Source: Neocallimastix sp. 'constans'
Lineage: Eukaryota
Length of the DNA stretch: 64,000 bases
Assembly (NCBI GenBank): GCA_050613775.1
Contig: JBODTK010000158.1
Location: forward strand, 248,001 to 312,000
Direction: 5' to 3'
Positions within the stretch are counted from its first letter, which is position 1, and each line of letters starts with the position of its first letter. Of this stretch, positions 13,403 through 35,191 are shown in pieces. Below the pieces are notes generated by a model that worked only from the letters and a program-made list of their open reading frames with translations, ran no database searches and was not told the origin of the DNA. Made by a program: the position numbers and the translations under genes.

Positions 13403-16069
13403 TTTTTTAAAAAAATGTTATCATCTTAAAAAATGGTAATTTTTATAATTTTATTTAATTTCTTTCTTATAATTTTTATATATTTATAATTTTTAATTAT
13501 ATAATAAGAAAAAAATTTAAATAAATTTTTAATTATTTTTTTTTTTTTAAATAATTTTATATGAATTAATAATAAATGTATTTTTTTTTTTTTTTTTTTA
13601 TTTCAGTTTTTCTTGTTTCAGTTTTTTACTACTTATTTTATTTTATTCGATTAACAAGGGAATGAATCTTTAAATATTAATATATAAGAGTAAGGAAATT
13701 TAAAACCAATATATTATTTCATTTAATTCTAACTAGTTATTTAAAAAGTATATATGTATAAAATATTATTAAATAAAATTTATGACCCAATGTTTAAATA
13801 AAACTTTTAAAGTTAATTTTTGAAAATACTTATTATAAAAAAAATAGATATATGTAATTTATATAAAGAGAATTATAATATAGAAAGTTCTAAAAAATAT
13901 ATATATATTAAAAAAAAGATAGAGGTTAGGAAAATTAAAGGTATATATAGATTAAAAATTGTATAATGTTTAAATTAAAAAATTAAAATAAAGTAACATA
14001 TAAAAAAATGTTAATAACAAAGAAATAGAGCTTATAAAATATTAAATATATATTTAAATAAATATTCATAATTTATAAATAATAATGAATAAATATTGAT
14101 AATCAAATTTTTTTACTATACACTAATTTATATATATTAAATTTTTATTTATTTATTAAAGAAATGAAAAAAATAATTATTTGAAAAAAAAAGATATTAT
14201 TTCTTTTATATATAATTAAAATATAATTATACGTAATTTTATTAAAAATTTTTCTTACATATAAAATTATAATAATAAAAAGATAAAATATACTAAACAA
14301 TATATGTTTATAAAATATAATTACTATAATCTATTTATATTTTTTATTTGTTAAACATTAATGTGAATGCCCCTTAATATATATATAATATAAATTATTT
14401 AATAAAAATTTTTTTTTTCTTTTTTTAAAAAAAATAATTATTAAAATATAAATATAAACCGATATTTTCTAATTTTTAATACTTATTTTATTTTTTAAAA
14501 AAAAAAAAAAATAAATAAATAAATAAATAATAATTGTTGAATATTTAATTTAATAATTTAATAAATTAACAAGTAAATTAAATTTTCTACTTTTTAAAAA
14601 TAATTTTATGTAAATTTTAGCTGATGGTCCCATAATATTATATTGAATAAGCCTTGAAACCATTTTTATAATGACAATACCTCTAGCTAAAACTGAACAA
14701 ATTTTTCTTACACCAAATCTTGGAGCCTTAAATACAGAATCAAATTTTAATTGTTCTACTAAGGCTTTGCTTTATTCACTGCCAAGCTTCTTTTTAGTAA
14801 TAACACCAACACTTATTATACCAGAGTAATAAGAAAAATACTAGTCATAGAAGCCCAAATACTACCAATACATGGATAGTAAAATAGAATTATCTTTTCT
14901 GAAGGATTACGTTTATTGTATTGAATAATAGCTCTCTGATATATCTCTTTAAAAACAAAGAATATTATTAAAAATGATATAAAACTTTTCATATTTTTAA
15001 TAATATAATAGTTATAAATACATAAATGAGTAAAATAAAATTTAAGAGCATTACTAAAAAGAAATATTTATAATATATTCATTAATAAGAAATTTTATAA
15101 ACATATGAATAATATATCCATTAGTATTATAAAAATATAATACTTATTAGAAGCAAATATTTCAATAACTTCTAATTTATTGATAAAATTAAAAAAAGGG
15201 GAAATTTTATAAATCATAAATAATAGATAATAGAAATAAATTTTCAATATTATTTTAAAAAAGTCAATTTTATTTGCTTATATAAAATATTTTTTAATTA
15301 AAAATATATAGTATAGAATATTAAAATATATTTTATTTTATTTTATATATAATATATATTAATAATATATAATCAATATATGAATATATATATTAATTAA
15401 CCAAGTAAATGATTTATACATAAGAAGTATGAATATTTTGTATACATTTTTATTAATATTATTTAGTATATTTTAATATTTATTAATGAATATCTACATA
15501 TAATTATTTAAAAATGTTATTATTCATTTATTACAAATTAATAAATTTATTTATTTTTTGTATATATATTAATTTATTTATATTATTAATTGAACTAAAA
15601 ATAAATAATACTTTTCATTCCACCAAACCCCAGTATTTTTCGCCTTTAAAAAAGAAAAAAAAGGAAAAAATACATTTATAATTTTTCATTTTAAATAATA
15701 TATAATAAAATTTAATAATTATTCATATTTTATTTTAAATTTTAATATATAATATTTAAAAGTTAATAATTAATTTTTTATTAATTTTTTGTTTTTTTTT
15801 TTAGTTAGTTTATATTCATAAATTATAAAATCTTTTTCAATAAAGGTAAAATAATTATATATACTATCTATATTTAAAATAATAACAATAATAATATTAA
15901 TAATAATTCATATATGATTATAATAAAATTATTATAAACTCTATTTTTCTTTTATTTTTAAATAATGTTTGAATCATCTTTAATTCAAACTTTTTTTTAA
16001 AAAAAATATAAGATCCTAAGTAATTTTACTAAATAAATAATATAGTTTTTTACTGTAAAAAATATAAAA

Positions 16070-16951
16070 ATGCCTATTATTCATATAAAATCTGAAGTTG
16101 AATATAATAAATATGTTAGCCAAGGAAAATTGGTAAATCATCATTATTATTAATATAAAATTATAAGATAAATTTTAAAAATTAAATTTATAAAATATAT
16201 AATATATATCCAGACTGTTGTTGATTTCTTTGCTGAATGGTGTGGGTAAAGTTATAAAAAACTTATGTAAAAAATTTTATATAATAAAAATAAAAATATT
16301 AATTCTCTATTAAATATTATTCTATTAAATATATTATTATAAAAATTATAAATTTTTAAATAAGACCATGTAAAGCTATTGCACCACGTTTTGAAGCTTT
16401 ATCAAACAATTTCAGAAATGCCAATTTCTTAAAAGTTAACATTGATGAAATGAATGTAATTATTAAAATATTATCTATTATCTTTTTTATAATAATACCA
16501 TTAAAAATTAAAAAAAAAAAAAAAAAAAATCTAAAAAATGAAAATAAAACAAAATAAAACAAATAATCAAAATTTATTGAAATGTAAAAATATAATAATA
16601 TAGTCATTAGCTTCTGGTCTTTCTGTCTCTAGTATTCCAACTTTTATTTTCTATAAATCTGGTAAAACACTTCATCGTATCACAGGTGCTAATTATAACG
16701 AATTAGAAAGTACTATTAAAAAGTACTACACAAAAGAAGGAGGTATGCCAACTACTGGTGGTCATGTTCTTGGTTCAGGAAAGACTCCACAAGCTGGCTA
16801 TCGTGCTACCGGTGAACCGGGTTCATTCCAACAGTTCCTCAGCAATCCACCACAAGCTTTAATATTTGGTATTGTTGTTGTTATTTTAATTTTCTGGTTC
16901 ACAAAAGGTAAAGCTAGTGATGAAGATTATGCAAGATGGTTGAAGAATTAA
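16070..16951 (+). CDS. Thioredoxin (WCGPC) with C-terminal extension and transmembrane tail; exons 16070-16132, 16214-16245, 16365-16455, 16604-16951 (177 aa)
   Basis: Spliced translation gives TVVDFFAEWCG|PCKAIAPRF..FLKVNIDE..VSSIPTFIFYKSG..TGAN, then GGHVLGSG and ALIFGIVVVILIFWF. All introns are GT-AG and the frame is preserved. Confidence 0.92.
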
Positions 16952-17171
16952 CTCTATATACATAAATTTATTTATTTAAAATAGTTTATTTATTAATAAA
17001 AAAAATAAAAAATAAAAAAAAATAGAAAAAAAAAATAATAATAAAAAAAATAAATCATAAAAAATGAATCATATATAATCATTATGATATTTGTTATATA
17101 TAATTAATAGCGCATATAATAAAATAATGATAATACCATTGATAATAAATAAGTAGTGTAATAATAAAATC

Positions 17172-17233
<62 letters not shown>

Positions 17234-18013
17234 TAATAATAATTATTATTATTTTTCAAAAAAATATTGAATAAATATTAGCAAATACATTTAAATATTA
17301 AATAAATAAATAAAATTTAATAAAAAGTATAAAAGATAATAATAGAAAAAAGGTAAAGAAAATATAACGAAAAAAAAATTATTGTAATAAAAAAATACTA
17401 TTGAAGTTAAATAAATAAATATAAAGTAAAATTAATATTTTATAAAAATTTTAAAATAAAAAATAAGTATGTGGTATTATTTTACTTATTGGAAGGTAGT
17501 ACAACATTAAATCTTTATGTAGTATAGATAAAGTTTATAATTTTCTTATTTTAAAAATCCAATCAATTATTAAATTCTTTTTTTTTTTTATTTATAAATA
17601 TATAAATATATTTATATATATTTTTTTAGAATTGTTTTTAATAGTAATAAAATTCATAGTAAAATTTAAAAAAAAAAATATAAATTGAATATATTTAATT
17701 AGTTTAATATTATATTAATAATTTTATTTTTAAATTCAAAAATTTTAATATTATTAATTTTACATTAACTTTTTTTTTAAAAAAAATTTTTTTGAGGGTT
17801 TTTTTTCTTTTTTTTTTTTTTTTTATAATTTTATTACAAATAATAATCATTGTTCTTATTGTATAAATTAATTTTTATTTAGAAGTTATATTTTTATATA
17901 ATATTAATATATCAAAAGTATTTGATCATAAAAATATAACAATTTCAATATTCTTTTTATTTTTTTTTAAAAAAAGAATTATTATTAATATTAAAATAAT
18001 TAAATAATAGAAA

Positions 18014-21288
<3,275 letters not shown>

Positions 21289-21759
21289 ATATTTAATTAT
21301 AATTATTTATTATAGACAAAAGTTAATTTTTATAATAAAGATTTATATTTTATTATTATTATTTTTATTATTATAATTATTTTATGCGATTAATTTATTA
21401 TAAAATGAATAACTAAAAGAAGATGTTTCTTCTATATATAATTATTTTAATGCAATTAATTTATTATAAAATGAATAAATAAATAAAAATGTTTCTACTA
21501 TTTTTTAAGTTTAAACTCTAGCAGTTAATAAAAATAAAATAAAGGATATGTTTTTGATTTTGAATTAATTTTTATTTTATATTTTATCTTGTTTTATCTT
21601 ATTTATTATAATGATTATTTATTAATTAATTAATTTAATAAATAAAAAATTTTTTTTTAAAAAAAAAAAAAAAATAAAAGTAAAAATAAAAATAAAAATA
21701 AAATAAAAAAAAAAAAAAAAAATTAAAGAAATTTTTATTTTATTAATTATAAAGAAAAT

Positions 21760-25293
<3,534 letters not shown>

Positions 25294-25355
25294 TTTTTAT
25301 ATATTTATTATATATTCTTACAATTTTTAAATAAATAATAAATTATGTTTAAATA

Positions 25356-25386
<31 letters not shown>

Positions 25387-25850
25387 AATCAATTTTACTA
25401 AAAAAAAAAAAATAAAAAATAAAAATAAAAAAAAAAAAAAAAGATATATTCACACTTTTTTAAAATTATTTGATATTTTCAAAATTATTTTCTATTTTAT
25501 AAAATTTAATTTAAAAATAATAAATCTATTATTTTTAAATATTTGATATATAAAATTTCAAATTAGAAGGAAATTTCTATAACAATATTTATAAAAATTA
25601 GTAAATTAATAATTAAATAAAAATATATTAAGATACTTTCTAATTTTTGATAAAATTTAAATATAAATAATATATATATTTGTTAAGTATTTTTGATTAT
25701 AAATAATTTAAAAAATTAAAATATATTAATTAAAAAAATAATATATTATGAACTGTAATTGTCTTTGACATAAAGTAATCAATGAATTTTAACTATATTT
25801 TATAAATTTTAATTATTATATTTAAGAAATATTATTCTTAAATATTTATA

Positions 25851-25899
<49 letters not shown>

Positions 25900-26927
25900 T
25901 ATACTTATCAAGAATTATTAATAATTATAATAATAATAATTATTTTATTGAAAAAAAAAAAAAAAAAAAAAAAAAAGATTGCCATAAAAATAATAATATT
26001 ATTATTTTGTAAAATCCGTGCCTGAAAACTTTATTCATATTCTCCTTATCAATCAATTTTCTTTATTTACTTATTTATTTATTAAAAACTGCAAATGATA
26101 CCAAAGCAATTCTTTAAATATTTAAATTAATCATAAATTATTATTATAATCACCCTTTTAATAACAGTTCATTTCTATCATCACTATGAAAATTATATAT
26201 GAATAAAAAAGAAATTGATTATACTATTCTTAGCTTTTGCTCTAGTTTTGATTTTTATTTATTTATTATTTTTAATTTTTTATCATGAATACATTTTTTT
26301 ATTTTATATACATAAAATAAATTATTAATATCATTATTTATTATTATTTTTTTTTTCAATTAATTACTTATATCAACATGAAATAAATATAAATTAATAA
26401 TAATATATTTAAATTATCTTATTTATTATACAAATTAAAATAATAATCTTGAAAGTTTATATAATTAAATAAAAATAATAAAAAATAATTGTATAATTGT
26501 TAAGAAAGAAAAATATAATTCATTTTTCTAAAATATATATAAAATATATATAAATGTATATTAAAATTAATAGTATTAAATTAATTATTTATTAATTTTA
26601 TAATGATAATGTTAATGATAATGTTAATGATAATGATAATTTGATTTAAAATTATAAAAGTTAAAGTATTGATTGTTAACAAAATTGACAATTAATTATG
26701 GATAAAACGTATAATTTATGTTATCATTAATTTAATAAATAAATTTTATATTTATATAATATGTTGATTCTGATTTAAATATTTTTAAGCATAGTAAGAT
26801 TATATTATATATAAAAGATATAGATTTTTAAATATATAACATATAATATTTTGGTATAATATATATTATAAAGTATATATATATATATATATTATTAATT
26901 TTTTTTTATTAATTCATAACTTCATTC

Positions 26928-27172
26928 TTAATATAAATCATAATCGCCAAATTCTTCAGAAAATCCTCTTTCAAGTAATATTTTTTGTTTCTGTAATTCA
27001 CGAGCTTTTTTATCCTTTATTTCTTGTTCATGTAATTCCTTTATTTTTTCATATGAAACTTTATTTAATGTTGGATAACCATCCTTTTCCTTATCTTTAT
27101 CCTATTTATTTTCAATTTAAATTCATATAAATATGTTTAATTTTAAAAAATATAAAACAATAGAACATAATG

Positions 27173-27214
<42 letters not shown>

Positions 27215-27304
27215 GTATAGTATTAACAAAATATAATATTTCATAAAATATTAAATATAAATTAAAATTAATGAATGAGAGGTTCTCTAAGTAATATTTG
27301 AAAA

Positions 27305-27339
<35 letters not shown>

Positions 27340-27829
27340 CAATTTTACCAAGCAAAACAACATTTTCACCACGAATAATAAATACTCCTCTTTCTTTTTC
27401 ACCATAACAGTCATTTACAATAATTCTTTCTAAAGTATCTTGAAGAACAAGATTTGCTATATTTAATAAATTTATATTAACATTAATCTATTAATAATAA
27501 AATAAATAAGAAGAAGAAATTTATAAACTAAAAATAATAAATTATATATATTTAATATTATTACTAACTATTATTGAATTATTAATAAATATTTACCAAA
27601 TTGATCGTATGAACGTAAAATACCGATTAAATTTCTTCCATCTCTAAGAACAACAAGTAATTTTTCTTTTTTAAATATATAATTTATTAATTATATATAT
27701 AAATATGTAAAAATAAATTTATTTTATTATTCAAATTGAGTAAAAAAAAAAATTGATATCTATTATAAATATAAACATACTGTCAACACAATCAATTAAA
27801 CTTGCAGTTCCTGGTAAAAAACTTTCCAT
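26928..27829 (-). CDS. LSM1: Sm-like protein Lsm1 (mRNA decapping activator); exons 27829-27781, 27665-27597, 27456-27341, 27101-26928 (135 aa); absent from the ORF track
   Basis: [71 protein letters not shown]. Confidence 0.95.
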
Positions 27830-27923
27830 TTTAAATTATATGTACTAAAAATAAAATAAATAAAATAAAAATATACACGTATGTAAATATATAATTTTTA
27901 TTAATTTTATAAAATAAGTTTTT

Positions 27924-27976
<53 letters not shown>

Positions 27977-29223
27977 ATATTAATATCAATATTAAATAAT
28001 ATGTTGAAATGATATTTCATCTTATTTCTTCAGTTCTTCAAATTTATTCATATATAACTGACAAACATTATTAATAATATATTTTTTAGAAATTAACAAA
28101 ATTTTATGAATTATTTATCCATTTTATAATAATTTAAAAATATTTGAACCTAAACTATTATTATTTGTATTATTTTAATATATTATTTGATTTACATTAT
28201 ATATATATATACTTATTTTTTACAATATTAATATAAATAAAAATTAAAGAATACTATTTCCTGTTTTATATGATTTTAGCTTTTACTTTTATAAATCATA
28301 AACTTTTATTTTAATATGAAATTATTAATTTTTTATAAAATTAAAAAAAATAAAATTTATCTTAAATATATACATATTTAAATATTACTTATTTTATTAT
28401 ACAATTCAAAGAAATTCTTAAAATTTTACTTGTTTATACTTCAATTATTTTTCAATATGTATAAAAATTCCATTCATTAATGCTAATAAAAAATTTTTTA
28501 ATTATTAAGTAGAATTCTTCAACTAAAAAAAAAAAAAATTAATTAAATAATAATTTCATTAAAAATTAATTTATATATTTACTGTTTAACCAATAACAAT
28601 AGATTATTAATAACAAAATAAATAATAGATTTTTAAAATAATATTATTTATTTATTTTCATATAAATTATTTATTTATTAATATTTGATTTATGTATTTA
28701 TTTATCAATTTATTAATTTATTTGTCTATTTATTTATTTGTTTGTTATTATTTCTAAAAAGATAATTTAAATAAAAAATATAAAAAATAATAATAAATAA
28801 TAAACAAAGTATACATGTAATACATTATTAGTATTTTAAAACTAAATGATAATTTAGATCGGAAGATAAAAGAAAAAATATGTATAACAATGAAAAAAGA
28901 AAATAATAAAGAAACAGAGGAATAACTCTAAAACAATTTCAAAGATAATTTTATTTTTTTTATATAAAAAGGTTAAAAAATAAAAGAAACTAACATCATA
29001 TCATTATAAATTATTTGGTTCAAAAGTCAGCATTTTACTTTAAATCATTGGACAAAGTTACATAATTTATAAAAATTAAAAATTGCATTATTATTTTTCC
29101 TTTAGCCTTAACAAACAAACAAAAATAAAGGAGAGTTGCACATCGAGTTACATTTCACCAAATTTTATTTTTTCATTATGGCGTATTACATAAAAAATAA
29201 ATAAATAAATTTTTTATTTTTTA

Positions 29224-29254
<31 letters not shown>

Positions 29255-29935
29255 CTTATTTTTTATTTTTTATTTTTTATTTTATATTTTTTATTCTTTT
29301 ATTTTAATATTTTTTTTTATTCTTGGCTAATGCAACATCATGTAATGTGTCACTTTGAGAAATGTATCATATTTAAAAAATAATATAGAATTTTACTATT
29401 TTTAGTAATACTTGTAAATTATTGTTGTTATAGGTGTCTCAGTATATATTTAGAGTATTAATAATGAATTTATAATATAATTTTAATTTATAATTATATC
29501 AATTATATCAATTCATTATTTTAAATATATAAATATTATTAATATAAATAATTACACATATTTTAAGATAAATTCAAAAAAAAAAAAAATTATTATGTAA
29601 AAATTGATTTAAACCGAAATTATGTACAAAACATAAAAATCCTTTAATAATAAACTTTTATAATAATAATTTAAAACAATAAATATTATAAAAAATTGAA
29701 TTTAAAGCTTTAATATTTATACATTGAATTCTCTATTGAGTTGAATAATATATTTAAATTAATATTTAATAATATTTAATAGTTAATTTCTGAAATTATG
29801 AATTCTTAAAAAACAAGTATTTTGGACTAACGAATTTCATAAAAAATTAATTTTATTAAAGATAAAACATATGAAAAATATTTATATGTTAATTATTAAT
29901 TATATTATTAATAAATAAATAAAATCATGAATGTA

Positions 29936-29982
<47 letters not shown>

Positions 29983-30494
29983 TTAAAGGTAATGTTAAAA
30001 TCAAAATCAAATTAAAAAAATAATTATATTAAGTCCAAAAAAAAATAAAAATAAAAAATAAAAATAGAAAATACTAAAAAGAAAGAAAAGGCTAAGACTT
30101 TAAGAAGAAAAAAAATGAAAATCTAAAAAAATAAACTTTGATACTTAAAATATTATCATTAATAACATTTTCACCAAAAAACCTAAAAAATCTTCTTCTT
30201 CTAATTTCCGTTATAGTTTTAGTTAATGATGATGATATTAATGAAAAAAATGATGACATTACCATCATCTACCAGTTCTGGAGATTGTTAATTATCATTT
30301 AATTTACAAATTTTTATAAATGAGCCACTAAGTATATCCTAACCAATAATTAAATATTGAACAACATCCCAGTTTTGTCATTCATTGAACTTCAAAAACA
30401 TCATCATTTATAGTATTTCATAGCTGTTCTGTTCATTGAATTAATTAGGCCTGAAAATATTAATTAAAATATACTGATTTTTATCATTTATTTT

Positions 30495-31200
30495 ATCAAA
30501 AACTATGCTACAACATCTATTGATTAACCTTCCAAAATTAGATATATATCAACAATATGGTTTTATCATCAAATATATGCAAAAATACTATGATTTTAAA
30601 CCCATTAATTATTATTTAAATATTATAAAAATTATAAAAATTATTATAAAAATTATTATAAAAAAAATATTATTTACTATTTATTATTTAAATATTATTT
30701 ATTATTTATTTTTAAAATTAATTAAATATTATAAAATATATTATTAAAAATATTATAAAAATTTATTATTAAAATTAATTAAATATTATTATAAGATTTA
30801 TTATAAACTATTAATATTATTTAATATTATAAAACTATTAAATTAATTATAAAATTATTAAAATTATTAAATTATTTATTATTAAATTATTTATTATTAA
30901 AATTAATTATATTTATTATTAAAAACTATGCAAAAAACTATTCAAAATCAATTCAAAAACAATCAATCAATTTTTAAAAATAAAAGAATTCAAAAAATAA
31001 ACGGGTTTTTAAAGTTTATTTGGATATTGTTTTTTGCATAGTTTGATATAAAAACCATACCATTTTGACAGTTATTGATATAGCCTTCCAAAAACATTAA
31101 ATTATCAACACATAATTTGAACATATATTTGTTATAAAAACCTGTATGTTTATTTTAATAATTTGGAAGGCTATATCAAATATGATCAAAAAACAGCAAT
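30495..31200. mobile_element. Fold-back/MITE-like element: degenerate long inverted arms around an AT-only core
   Basis: Perfect 18-bp IR TTGATATAGCCTTCCAAA (31075-31092 / 31162-31179) and 16-bp IR AAACTATGCAAAAAAC (30923-30938 / 31029-31044). 30520-30605 resembles the reverse complement of 31000-31180. Confidence 0.55.
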
Positions 31201-31819
31201 GATATATTATCAATAAAATCACCTACAACTTTACAAAGTAACTATAAATACATAAATATTTAAAAAAAAAAAAATTATATAACCTTTTAAAATAAATAAA
31301 GTTTTAATAATTTTTTTTAAAAAAGAAAATAATAATAATAATAATAATAATAAATTAAATTAAATTACTAAAACTTTAAAAATTTTACTTGCTATTAAAA
31401 ATATATATATATTATTGCATATTTGCAAATAAAAATATAAAAAATAAGAAGTAATAAAATAATGCAAATAATAAAATTAATAAATATATAAGAAATACTA
31501 AATTATTAATAAAATATGAATATAAAATCCATATCTTGATCATATATATACCAAATTATATAGCTTTATACTTAATAAAAATATTAACGCTTTAATTATT
31601 CTATAAATAAAGTATTTTTAGTCGTAGGTATTAACCCCATCAATTTTTTTTTCCTTTTTTCCACATTATTAATATTAAATGATTGTTAAAAAGTATTAAC
31701 TTAATTTAATAATAAATTATTTAATAAATAATTTTTACTATTTCTCAAAAATTAAAATAATAAACATATTTTAACCTACATTTTTTTCCTATTAGTAATA
31801 CAAATATTTTACATTATTC

Positions 31820-31863
<44 letters not shown>

Positions 31864-34227
31864 CATAAAAGTATAGCCAAAAACTATATAATAACATTAA
31901 TGATAAGAAAATAAAAAAAAATAGTATTTCTAATAAATATTAATATCAATGTCAATCAATAAAAATTTTTTTTATTTATTCATAACAATAATTAAATCAT
32001 TATTAATGATTATTTTAACTTATGATTAATTTATATTAATAATATTAGATATTATTAGATATAATAAATATTAATTAAAAATATTTTATTCATTATTAAA
32101 TTTTACTATATTATTATTATATATATTTATATATTTATTTATTTATTATTTATTTATTTAATGGTATATTATTTTATTCTAATAAAATAAATCCAATTGT
32201 TCATATAATAAAATTTTTCTGTCTTTTCATTACTCTTTAAAAAAATATAAATTCAAATTTTTTGATTATATCATTAATAATAGTTAAAATTCACTGTTTA
32301 GGTAAAAGACATTAAATTCTTTAATTTAAAGAGTTAAAGTTCATCATGAGAAGATAAAGTTAATATTTTTTTGCATATAAATCAATCTTAATTAATGTTC
32401 TATTAAAACTTTTTTTTCATGGTATAAATTTTTTTTTTTTATTTTCAATTTAAATATTCATTTACATCTTTATTAAATATTATTTATTATTAATATTTAT
32501 ATTTTTTTATAATATCTATAAATTGATAAATTAAAATTTATTTATATAATTATCTATTTTTCAAATTAATATAATTTATATTTTATATGATTATCACAGA
32601 TCAATAATTTCCAATTTTATATTGATTTTATTTACCATAAATAGATAAATTAAGATATTTTCAAACCATATTTAAATTCTAATATATATAAGCATGGTTT
32701 ACTCTTTTTATTAATTATTTTAATAATGATTAGAATATCATTAAAATTAAAATACTAAATAAAAAAAATTAATAATTATTAATGAATATCGATAAAAAAT
32801 GATAATATATCAATCTTATAATATTAATAGAATTTAATATTATTAGATTATAAAATTAATATTTGCATACTATTATTATTGTTATTATTTTTATTTATTT
32901 ATTTATTTATTTATTATTAACTTTTATTTATTTATTTATTTAATAGCAATCCACTAACTATATAAAAGTAATAACAGTAAATAATTTTTATTGTTTTTAC
33001 TATTATTTAGTTGATTATTTATTTATTTTTATTATTAAATCTATTTAGTAAGTGGAATAGCAATGTAATACATAAACAAATATAGAAAATATAAATGGAA
33101 TTTTCTTTAATTTGTATAAATAAAGTAATGAAACCTCAATTTCTAGGCTAAAGTTATTTTGTATCGAAAAGAAATTTATTAATCACAATTTCTTTTAGTT
33201 TTTTAATATAAAAAATTTACCATCCAAAATTAAAACTTTAAATAATTTATACCAAATATTTATCATTATTACTCTCATTTATTGATTAGTTATTTTTAAA
33301 TATTATCTACTATATATATTTATATATAAATATATATATATAATTTTTATATTTTCATTATTTATATCACAATTTTCATCAAAGTTATTATTAATGATTA
33401 ATAATTATATATAATACCATAAAACTATTAAAATAATAAAACTTTTGTTTATTATTATTACAATAGTATATATTTATTTATTTATTTATTAATTAATTAA
33501 TTTTTGATTTATTTAAATTTAAATTGTAATTAATAAATGATCATGAAATTTATTTTACCACTGTTTTATCTTTTCTATTATAATTAATACTTTTATACTA
33601 CTGTATTTTATTATAATTTATTATGATATATTTGCAATATGTTTATTAAATATTTAAATATATTATAGAATATTTTCCATTTTTCATTGTTACATATCTT
33701 TTCTACGTAATAAAATTTTTCTTTTAATATATTTATATATTTATTTATATTGTTTAATTCATAACAATAATTTTAAGATTTATAATAAAATATAATATAT
33801 TAATATATTTCATTTATTTAAGGAATATTTGATGAATTAAAATGAAATAAAAAAAAAAATTAATATGTAAGAAACATTATTTTGATTTAATTTAATTTTA
33901 ATTTAATGTAATATGTGGTTAATACATATTATGTTTATATCAGACTACTATATAAATAAATAAATAAAAAAAAACGTTTCTATAAATAATTTTAATCATT
34001 TCTTTTATTATTTATTTTAACTATAAACTTTATTAATTATTATTATCATTATTAAGGATATTAAATATATAACTATTATGATTGTTATTATTTACTGGAA
34101 TTATATTATATAAGATTAATTATGAATGATTTATATTATAATATATTTAAAAACATTACTTTTCTTTTATTGTTATTATAGCCTAATGTTTAATTTATAT
34201 TATGATAGTATTATATATAATAAACTT

Positions 34228-34262
<35 letters not shown>

Positions 34263-35191
34263 ATCATTTATTTATGATTTAAATATTGTTGTTAAAAAAC
34301 TATTAAATAAAATTTCATTCTATATATATATATAACAAAATCTGTAAAAAAATTTTTTCAAAAAAATAAAAAATTAATACAAATAATAATAATATTATTA
34401 TTAATAAAATAAGCGTTTTTTGTTTAAAGATTTTATCAAAATATAGGAAGGATAAAAATAAATAAATTATTATATCTATATTCGTAAGTTTCTATAATTA
34501 TAAATAATGAAAATGAATGGAAATTTATCCTTTAATAGAGAGAATTATTAGGCATTCTTCAAATATTTAATTTTAATAATATTAATTATTAACTAAAAAT
34601 ATAATATACATATTAGATATAATAAAATAATGTATTATATATATATATTCATTACACATTGTTCTCAACATATTTATAATTATTAATATTAATTATAAAT
34701 TAAAAAATAATATCCTATACCTTATATATTATATATTCATATTTAATATCAATATCTCTAAAAAAAAATAAACAGATATAATAAAATGGAATAAAAAATA
34801 ATAATATATAATATTTATATATTAATTTCATTTATTAAAGAATTTTAATAAACAAATATATTATTATATAATTTATATATTAATTTTAAATAATATTTTA
34901 TAAGAAATTCTTAAAAAAAAAATAGATAAATAAATAACAATAAATGAATAAATAAATATTATTAATAATAAGATAAGAACTTTTGAATTATTAACATTAC
35001 TATTTTTAAATTTCTTTTAAATTTTATAATTTCTTATTTATTTTGGATTTCAAATAATTTTATTACCATTTTTGTAAAATTATATTTTATTAATGTTAAA
35101 TTATATAATTCATTTATATTAAAAAATGATAACAATATAGATAATAAAATAATTTTAAACAACAGTGATAATAGTAAAAAAAAATATCAAA

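Noticed and set aside
30505..30747. 80-aa Ile/Lys/Tyr-rich ORF
   Set aside because: Low-complexity AT core of the inverted-repeat element, with no protein-like features.
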